From Caecitellus pseudoparvulus (taxonomy: Eukaryota > Protista > Bigyra: Bicosoecida): a stretch of DNA of 64,000 nucleotides. The notes below the pieces were generated by a model, which did no database searches, was not told where the DNA came from, and saw nothing but the letters and a program-made list of their open reading frames with translations. Location: positions 62,001-126,000 of the forward strand of contig CBFFRQ010000062.1 of assembly GCA_965644315.1 (NCBI GenBank), read 5' to 3'. Below are positions 55,801-64,000 of this stretch, in pieces; position 1 is the first letter of the stretch, and every line of letters begins with the position of its first letter. Made by a program: the position numbers and the translations under genes.

Positions 55801-57469
55801 TGGGTTTAACATTGGTAATCACAACCCAGTGTCCAAGACGGACTCCTGCGCCGGCCTGCGCGCGTACGTTGTGCCCTCCTTCGAGGAAGGCGGTGGGACA
55901 GTGCCATCGCCCTTGCCAAGCAGTGCCAAGGGCGTGTACGACGAAATCATGAAAGGAGGCATGAGTCCCATGCATGCATACTACCCCAGGGCGTACTTTC
56001 CAGTGGACTTCGTCCGGTGGCTGAGCGACAGCGACCCCACAGGGTACTCCGTTCCCTACTCGCCACACTTCGAGCCGTACGTCATCGTGTCCAAGTTCGC
56101 CCCGCTCCCTAACGCAAGCTTTATTCAACGTGGCCTGAACAAGGCACAGTGGGCCTACCACTTGTACGCTGCTGGCTATAGCTTCACGGTGCTGCCTGGT
56201 CTGTACTCCATGGACATCCCCACCGGCTTCCTGGGACAGCGCCCGCGCATGGTGGGCGTGGAGGGTTTGTGGGAGGAGCTGTCGGCCAGCTTCAGCGAGG
56301 ACTTTGGGGTGGCCACTTACAACACAAGTATGATTTCAAGAATGTCACCCTACCTTCGCGGCGGGCCTAAAAAGCAGCCTTGGTGGAAGGTGGTCATCGA
56401 TGGAGGCACAAGCAAGAAAGGCGGCTCAGTTGTTGCCAAGGCCATTGCGGGGGGTGCCAGCGCTGACTTAAAGCAGCACATGAGCAGTGGCGTGCTGTCT
56501 GTTTTCATCAGGGCATGCGCGAGCAAGGCGGCACTCAGCTCCCTTGTGACGCACTACTGCAACATCCCACTGGTGAAGGATGTCTCGCTGGGGCCAGCCT
56601 GTGAAGGTCAGTGGGACGTGCCAGATGGCAGCTCCTTCTCTTGTGGGCCCAAAGTCATCCTCCGAGGAATGAAAGACGCCGGCCCAAACGGCACCCCTGC
56701 GCACGAGCTGCTCCACGACATGCCTCAGCCCTCGTACGTGCGCGGCTCGTTCCCCCCAAACGCCGCTCAGTGCTGAGCAACGAAGCCCCACACCCCTCCC
56801 CATTCACAGAACCGACAGCGTCTTGTTCGTTTCCCAAGAGGAGTACATCCCTGTGCAGCTTGTGTCCGAGATGTATGAAGTGTGGCGCTTGCAGCCGAAC
56901 TTGCACGTCGGCCTCCACCCGATAAAAGTGCAAGCACCGGGGAATTCCGAGCAGCTATGGAAGGCATCATGCCCCCCTACTCGTGATCATGGGGCTGCAT
57001 TCGACATGGTATCACTGCACGGGTCTCTTGTGCACGCAGACTGGATTCAGTTGATTGGCCGGCTGCAGGCTGAGGTAAGCTGGCCCCCACCGAGTGCCAG
57101 GCTGCATGCTGCACTCACCCCCGCTCCCCGCCACAGATTTCACACAAAGACACGACTATTGAGGCGTGTGAGCAGTTCATCGCAGCCTTCGCGATTGCTC
57201 GTTACAGCCAGAAGTCGCCCATGGCGGTCATCGACCCAAGTGTGAAAACAACCGTTGTCGAACCGCTCTGCTTCGATGAAGCTGCTGAAACCTCAGGCAA
57301 GTCGAAGAAAAGTCAGCAAGCCTTGAACGAGAAAGCACACGCGTGCCTCAACATCGTCACCAAGTACTTCCGTGGCAGCCCGCTGCTCCCCACCACCGCA
57401 AGGCTAGTCATAACCTCAGCCGTCGCAGAGGCAGTGCCTCCTGCACCTGTCGCCAAAGCAAAGGGCTAG
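52826..57469 (+). CDS. Type II membrane multi-domain glycosyltransferase: degenerate GT64-like + exostosin GT47 + GT49 + degenerate GT64-like; introns 56734-56809 and 57075-57136
   Basis: GT47: RVFVYDMP, ADLFYVPVY, GGRDHVW, SKFCL..G..WTPRPFE...GCIP. GT49: IVTQLSVDRL, WKGPVSAAV, YPVNLLR, LDAD, FEPY. GT64-like: EWRTSPCSLVGPMPR and EVWRLQPNLHVG...CLNIVTKYFRGSPL. Confidence 0.78.
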
Positions 57470-57834
57470 ACTTCGCGTTTTCTGACGGGGGTGTCTGCCC
57501 AGCTTTGATGGATCATGGCATGCCAGCGAGCTTCTCTTGGCCTGGCATTGTGCTGGCAGGGTGCTCGGGTTCCGCTGCTCGGCCAGCGACCAACAACACT
57601 CAAACAGATCAACTGCACAGAAACAATCAAACCACGCCTTCTTCGTCAGGGAGCGTCATCAATCACATTGTAGGACAGTCTGAATGCACCTCCCCTGCCT
57701 GCATCGGTTTGTGCGCTCTCCCTCTTTCCCCAGTCGCAAACCGCAACGTGCAAGGAGTGTTTCGGCGGTGAAACTCCTTTCCGCAGCTCCCGCCCATCGT
57801 GCTTGACGCGACTTCCGTGGCACAAGGAAACTCC

Positions 57835-59756
57835 ATGGCGAGCATGGAGGTGTCACAGTGGAATCTCGCCTTGGATGTGGGGGTCTCAAGTTGGGTCTGG
57901 TGGACTCTGCTCGCCATGCTTGGCGTCTGCTGTGCAGCTGCCATCACCGTGGCTTGCTTGTGGTACGGTTGGCAAGCACAAGTACGCAGCATCCTGGCCA
58001 AGCAGGGAGTGCCCATGCCGCCTTGGTCGCTGGCAGGCACACTGCAAGGGCACATGGCAGCGCTCTTCCAACTGCACTTGGACTCGGACTGGGACACCCT
58101 GGACACATCGTCCCCAGAGCGTGCGTGCTTCGCAAGCGAGGGTTGGCGTGGTGGCCCCCCGCAGCCTTCGCCTGCCCACTCCCCGCGTGCACAGGTGGCT
58201 TTACAACCTTCCTTCAGTTTCAGAAGTGGCTGGAGGAGACCTATGGCACGGTTACGTTCCAGACTCTGGGCGCAGATCCCCGCTTGCGGGTGGCCGACCC
58301 CGTGGCTGCCCACGAGGTGCTGGCACGGCACTCAACCCTCTTCGCAAAGCCGTCTTTGGTGAGCAACCTACTGCGGCCACTGCTGGGCAACGGCCTGGTG
58401 ACTTCAGAAGGGGAAGTGCACCGCGTGATGCGGGCACTGCTGCAGCCTGTCTTCACCATGTCCTCTCTTGCGACCATGCGACATCGCATGGCACTCATTG
58501 CGCTGGAGGGGGTCACCGCCATCCTCGCCACCACAGAGGCTGCCGAGCCACCTGGGCAAGTGGACATCCATCAAGCCATGGGCGACATCACACTGTCTGT
58601 CGTGTGTGCGGTAACCATGGGCCTGGACACTGCCGTGGACGTGTTGCCAGCCATCACGACTGCGGGAAGTTCACTGTCCCCTGAAGCAGCCAAGGCTGTG
58701 CTGCCCCCCGAGACGTCTGCCACCAAAGCCAAACGCCTCATCTACACTGGCATTACCGAGTTCACAGACAAACTCTTGGAGGATGCGCGGTGGGTTCTGC
58801 CTCTGTTCATCCCTGACTTCGTCAACCGCGTGCCCACGCCCAGCAACCTGGCTGTGCGCAAGCGGCTGAGGGAGGTGACTGCTCTGACGTCTTCCATCAT
58901 CCAGCGCAAGATGGCAGCTCGAAAGCGGGGAGACCCGCCGCCCACGTCGCCAGATCTCTGTGACCGCCTCGTGGACGCCATGCTGGACCCGAACGCCGCG
59001 CCCGATGTGAAGCGGGTTTGCACACTGCCACAGGTGCAGTCGGAGGTGCAGACATTTGTGTTTGCGGGGCACGACACGACCAGTAACTTGATCAGCTGGG
59101 CCATGTGGTGCCTGCAGCAGCATCCACAGTGGCTGCAGCGGCTTCGGAAGGAGCTGGATGCGGTTTGTGCGCGAGCGGGTGTCGGCCACACGTCAACTGA
59201 TGCGGAGCTGGCCGCAGTCCTGGGCGACCTGGCAGGCGAAGGCGGTCGCATGGCGCCTGTTTTGGAAGCGACCCTCCGGGAAACGCTGCGGCTGCTTCCC
59301 AGCGTGCCACGAGTGGGGCGCAAGGCCAAGCAGAACACCACCATCAAAGTGTCTGCTTCTGCCTTGCCCAGCTGCAGCAGGACGCCGGACAAGGACGGCA
59401 ACATCACCTTGGACGTGCCTGCAGGTGTGAGCGTGGCTGTGGACATCATGGCGCTGCATCGGCACCCTCTCTGGGGGCCGGACAGGCACAGCTTCAACCC
59501 AGGCCGCTTCCTGAGTTCTGAAGGAGCGTACACCCCCGAGCGCATCCCTGGCCTGGCATGGGCGCCATTTGTCGCTGGCAATCGAAAGTGCATCGGGTAC
59601 AACTTGGCCCTGATGGAAGCGCGGACCATCCTCGCGGCGTGCGTGCTGCGCATGGACTGGCGCGTGGCTCAGGGCTTCGACGCTCGGGGCGTCATGGCCA
59701 TTGTGTTGCGGCCAGCTCACGGTTTGCCCATGCACGTCAGCCGCCGCGAAGAGTGA
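57835..59756 (+). CDS. Cytochrome P450 (one intron, ~58121-58194)
   Basis: N-terminal TM, LLGNGLVTSEG, I-helix FAGHDTTS, ETLR, FNPGRF, heme motif PFVAGNRKCIG. Confidence 0.93.
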
Positions 59757-59937
59757 CGGTTGGGGCAGCTCTCGACGAATGCATTCCCTTATCACCTGCG
59801 TGGGCCCATCAAGGCCCCTCAGCTGTGTGGGCATTGTTGCCCGTGGACCAATTCTTCTTCGCCACGTGGAAATTGTTCGCGTTGTGCAGCGGGGGTGAGA
59901 GAGGCCTTCTTCCTTGCCGAGATCCTGTCTGGTGACA

Positions 59938-61966
59938 ATGAGTGAAGAGGGGAGGGCTGGACCTGAGGTGGTTGTGGTGGATTCCGACCTTGACAGTGAT
60001 GAAGGGGAGGTGCAATCCGGCGCTGGTCTGGACTTCCTCCCCTTGGACCCAGTTCCAGGCTCCACCAGGGGACGCAAGAGGCGTCGCGAGGCACAGGGCG
60101 GCACGCAGGAACCCGATGCGCCAGTCTGGCGAGGAGCTGGCCAGAATGAGTTCACGTCGCTGCCTCAGCACTCATCATTGTTAAGGCTGCACGAGGAGGT
60201 GCTGGAGTTTGTGTCCATGATGCGCCCTACTGCTGCCGAGGAGGAGGCGGCCAACGTGACTCTGCTGCGAGTGGTGTCGGTGGTCAAGCACGGCTGGCCA
60301 GATGCGGAAATCACTCTGTTCGGCTCCCGGGCGAGTGGAATGGCGCTTCCTGAAGCAGATTGGGACATTTGTTTGAACGGGGTGCCTTGCACACAGTCTG
60401 CTCTATCCCAGCTTGGCTACGTACGTTCGCGCCCTCTTGGCTGTGCCCATGGCGGTCCCCTTGGACTGGTCTGCGTTTCGGGCGTGAAACTTCATCCCTT
60501 CCCTGCCTCCACCACAGGACCTGCGGCAATCTGGCCACGCTCGCGAGGTGGAAGTGATCGCAAAGGCACGTGTTCCCATCGTCAAGTACTGTGACGCCCA
60601 GTCGGGCATTTGGGTGGACATATCCTTCAACCAAGACACCGGCGCTGACAGCACACGGTTCATTCAGGAAGCTGCATCAGAGTGGCCCCAGCTGCGCCCC
60701 ATGATGCTGGTGCTGAAGTACTACCTGAAGCAACGGGGCTTGGCAGAGACGTACAGGGGTGGCATTGGCTCCTTCCTGCTCAGCGTCATGTGCATCCGAG
60801 CCCTGCAAGTGCTGCGGGACCAGATGGCTCAGTCCATGCAGGCACAAGCAGCCGCCTCGCGCCCCAAGGGCAGCCTGCCATCGTGGCACAAGGCCCTGAA
60901 AAAGGGCAAAGCGGCCCCTCTGATCTCCTCCCTGAACATCGGTGCAGCGCTCATGGCGTTTTTCGAGCTGTATGGCGTCAAACTCAACTACGTCGAAGTG
61001 GCCATCTCAGTGCGGGGTGCAGGGGCCTTCTTCCGCAAGCGGGCGTCACGTGCGTGCTCCTGCCCGGTCCCTGCGCTATGCACATGTAGAGCCACGCACT
61101 CCGCACGTCCCCCCTTCCCTTCATTCGCAGGCCTCTTCAACAAGTCCACTCGTCTGGACGGGCTGTGTGTGGAGTCTCCCGTGGACACGACGCTGGATGT
61201 GGGCGGTGGCGCCTGGAACACAGCTTGGTACCGAGGCGCCTTCCAAGTCACTTACAATAGGCTCAAAGACTGCATTAAGGCGTTCAGCTTGCAGCTCTCC
61301 GGTGCAGGGGGCGGCTCTGGGCAGTCCAAGCGGAAGCGAGGCGCAGGCACAAGCGCCGGCGCCGCACCGGTGCCCTCCTTGCTCGCGTACGTCCTGCGGG
61401 TGGACCAGTACCTGACTGAGCGCAAGGACATGCTGCTGTCGTCAGATCCGAAGCAGTTGTACGGCCCGTCAGTGGCCAGTTTGCCGGCAGCTGTGCGGGG
61501 TTTGCAGCCCCCCAGCATGCCTTCCTTCTTGGAGCCCACTGCCGAGGGGGTGCTGCGGGTGACCCTGCCACAGGCGTCACATGGTGGATTAGGGTACAAG
61601 GGTGCTCCACAGCTGAGTGTTGAGATGCATTCTGCTGAGGAAGGGGGGGGCGGCGAGGATGGGAGTGAGTCTGACGCCTATGACTCGGCGTCCACCTCCT
61701 CCTCCGACAGCCAGGCCACAGTGCTGTCTGAAGAGGGCAGCGAAGGTGGCGATCAGCGAGAAGAGGCCGCTCCTGTCCCTGCCACGTCTTCCGCTGGCGC
61801 GTCTGGAGCGGACGACGACGGCTACGACACGTCTGAGGAGGCGGCGCCCAAGGTCGTGCAGGGCCGGACAGTGCGCAAGGCCCGGCTCATCCACCACATC
61901 TTGACGCAGAAGCACTGCAGGCCCGAGGCCAAGGCTGCTGCCATGGACATGACGTCGTGGTTTTGA
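59938..61966 (+). CDS. TRF4: Non-canonical poly(A) polymerase TRF4/PAPD5-like (TRAMP complex), spliced
   Basis: LHEEVLEFVSMMRPT, FGSRASGMALPEADWDI, ARVPIVKY, DISFN, LKYYLKQRGLAETYRGGIGS, FFELYG. Confidence 0.85.
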
Positions 61967-61981
61967 TGCAACTACCCCCCC

Positions 61982-62625
61982 TCAACCGCGTGCAGCGCTT
62001 GCCCGGCGAGCTGGGCCTCGTGATGCCGCCAGGCTGCTGCGACGACCCGTTGCCTGTTTCCCACGCCTCGCAGGCACGGGCTTGCCCCCTGCTTTGCGCT
62101 TTGAGCCGCCGCGAGCTGGCGCCTGCCGTGTTGCTTCTGACTGCTCTGAGGTGTCATCCCCACGCCCGGCAGTGCTGGGCAGGGGCGGCTTGGACTGCAC
62201 GCCGAGAGCAGTGCGGGCCTTTTTCTCTGCACTGCAGAGGGCGCCTGCTGTGAAGTCGATGTCGTCCCGGAGATCGTCAAGCGGCTGAGCAAGCAGGGGC
62301 GTGCCGTTGGAGATGAGGCAATGCAGAGGTGTAGCGGCACGCACCTTCAACGTGTCGGTCAGGGTCACCAGGGATTGAGTGCACTGCTCCACCGAGTGGA
62401 TGATGCGCATCAAGAGTGCCTGCTCGGGGGTGGGGGAGGGGTCGTTGGCAGGTTGCTGTGCTGCTGGGTGTGTGTGTCGCTTCGCGATTTCCGCACCCGT
62501 TGCTGCGCCTCGTGTGGGTCTGTGCAGGGAGAGGCAGCAGACTTGGCAGTGAAACACAAAGAGCAGTGTTTGGTAGTGCTGTACTAGCGGAAGCGCGAGC
62601 ACGTTGGTGTTCACGCACTCTCCAT
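61982..62625 (-). CDS. DAD4: DASH/Dam1 kinetochore complex subunit Dad4 (exons 62625-62619, 62519-62497, 62419-62345, 62284-61982)
   Basis: Spliced product MENPHEAQQRALLMRIIHSVEQCTQSLVTLTDTLKPLDDLRDDIDFTAGALC matches the Dad4 N-terminal consensus (MENPHE.QQ..LL.RII..VE); all junctions are GT..AG and in frame. Confidence 0.78.
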
Positions 62626-62750
62626 GCTGTCCTGGAAGGCTCAACGGTCGATCTCGGGAGTTGGTGGTGTCTGAAGGCACTGGAAGCGAGCAGCACGAAA
62701 GGAATAGACGGCAGCACATGGTGAGAATTCTGCATTTTGGCGGGGAGCTC

Positions 62751-64000
62751 TCACAAGAGGTTCGGGTCGTAGACCCACGCGATGAACAAGCCGTCCATGC
62801 CGCAGGTGAGGATGGTGTCGGTGTTCACCAGCGCAGCGCCCCCGTCCCCCACCATCTGCAGCATCTTGATGTCCAAGATGGGCTTGAAGTGGCCACCCGA
62901 GCCATTCCTGCCACGGCCTACCCCTGCCACGTCTTCGAAGTTCTGCAGGGACTTGAGCAGCAGCTGCCCATTGGCGTAGCCCGCCGCCAGAAACACCGCC
63001 CCGCCCGCAGCGGGTGGCGCGACGATGCCGAGCGTCTGCAGTTCAGGCAGGTGCTTGCCGGCGGCAGCGTCGAACGCCAGCACTGGCTTGGCACCTGGTC
63101 CCAGGGAGCTGAGACCCCACGCTCGCAAGGAGCCGTTCTGCCCGCCAGTGATGAGGTGCCCCGCGACGCACACACAGGCGGCCACCTTCTCCCCGTGCCC
63201 ATGCTGTTCTTGGCTCAGGGCCACCACCGGCGTCAACTGGGATGCCGGCGTCCACCCCAAGATGAGGCCGTCGTCCGCCACTGTGAAGAGGTTCTGCTCC
63301 GCCCAGGCCAGGTCCCGCACGGCGCGGGCGTGACCTTCCAGGGTCTGGCAGGCCCAGCCGGCGCCCGCGCCTGCAGCCGTTGCAGCAGCACCTGGGCTCC
63401 CTGCAGCCGCCTTCGTCCACAGCTTCACGGCGCCGCTGGCACAGGCGCTAGCCAGGACCGGCTGCCCCGCCACTGTGCCCAGGCGCAGGCGGGTGATCTG
63501 CAGCTTGTGGGAGTAGGTGGTGCCTGGCATGCACAGCACCGCAACGGGCTCTGTGATGCCCTTCGAGATGTCGAATTCGCGGATGATGCCGACGTTGACC
63601 TTGTACACGCCGCAGGGCTCGAAGCTGGCCACAAACAGGCTGGTGCCGGCCCGCTCCATGGAGGTGATGAGGCCCCCCACGGTGCTGAAGGTCGTCTGCT
63701 CCATGTTGGAGTTAAACACCTGCGTTGCGAGCGAGTGCATGCGTGAGTTGCCCTGTGCCAAGCCGCACTCCGCGACGACTCACTCGCAAGGTCGCGCCAT
63801 CTGCAGCCAGCATGGCCTGCTGCTCAGGGATGGGGACCACACACGTGAACATCTTCTGGGTGGTGTCCCGAGAAGCCGTCTTGCACTGCTTTACCTCCCT
63901 CAGGCGGATGGGCTTCCTGCAACGTCGCGTGGGCAGCGCGGCGTGTAGGCGGCGACAAAGTGAGCCACAGCAGCTGGCACGTACTTTCCGAAGCAATTCA
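62751..64000 (-). CDS. WD40-repeat protein (5'-partial, spliced)
   Basis: LEGHARAVRDLAW..LFTVADDGLILGW; HGEKV...LITGGQNGSLRAW; GHFKPILDI...ILTCGMDGLFIAW. Confidence 0.75.

Overview
This is gene-dense, GC-rich eukaryotic nuclear DNA, not prokaryotic. Genes carry short spliceosomal introns (mostly about 60-130 nt, often with GTGCGT donors), and intergenic gaps are often only 15-200 nt. The gene content (Dad4/DASH subunit, CML21-like EF-hand protein, sAC-type cyclase) fits a heterotrophic protist, plausibly a stramenopile; the taxon is an inference. About 24 protein genes and two identical tRNA-Ser(GCT) genes can be supported: VDAC, UTP18, an SH3 protein, TECR, a PGAP4-like glycosyltransferase, a P-loop ATPase, a serine carboxypeptidase, THUMPD1, nucleolin, PGM2, a giant HECT E3, a SAM-MTase-TPR protein, Tim10, an F-box/multi-TM protein, a multi-GT fusion, a cytochrome P450, TRF4, Dad4 and a WD40 protein. 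Four things stand out. (1) A ~2,520-aa single-chain cyclic-nucleotide module: sAC-type tandem cyclase + P-loop NTPase + PH + C2 + GYF + class I phosphodiesterase. (2) An accessory island (~14-19.8 kb) holding a truncated, stop-containing UTP20 fragment and a helical/pseudokinase-like protein with 13 mosaic 38-aa ankyrin repeats that vary at binding-surface positions, a candidate immune receptor. (3) A recurrent AATGCA motif just downstream of most stop codons, which becomes the palindrome (C)AATGCATT(G) between convergent genes, a candidate non-canonical and bidirectional poly(A) signal. (4) A GT64-like/GT47/GT49/GT64-like glycosyltransferase fusion. All assignments come from motif recognition by eye; no searches were run.
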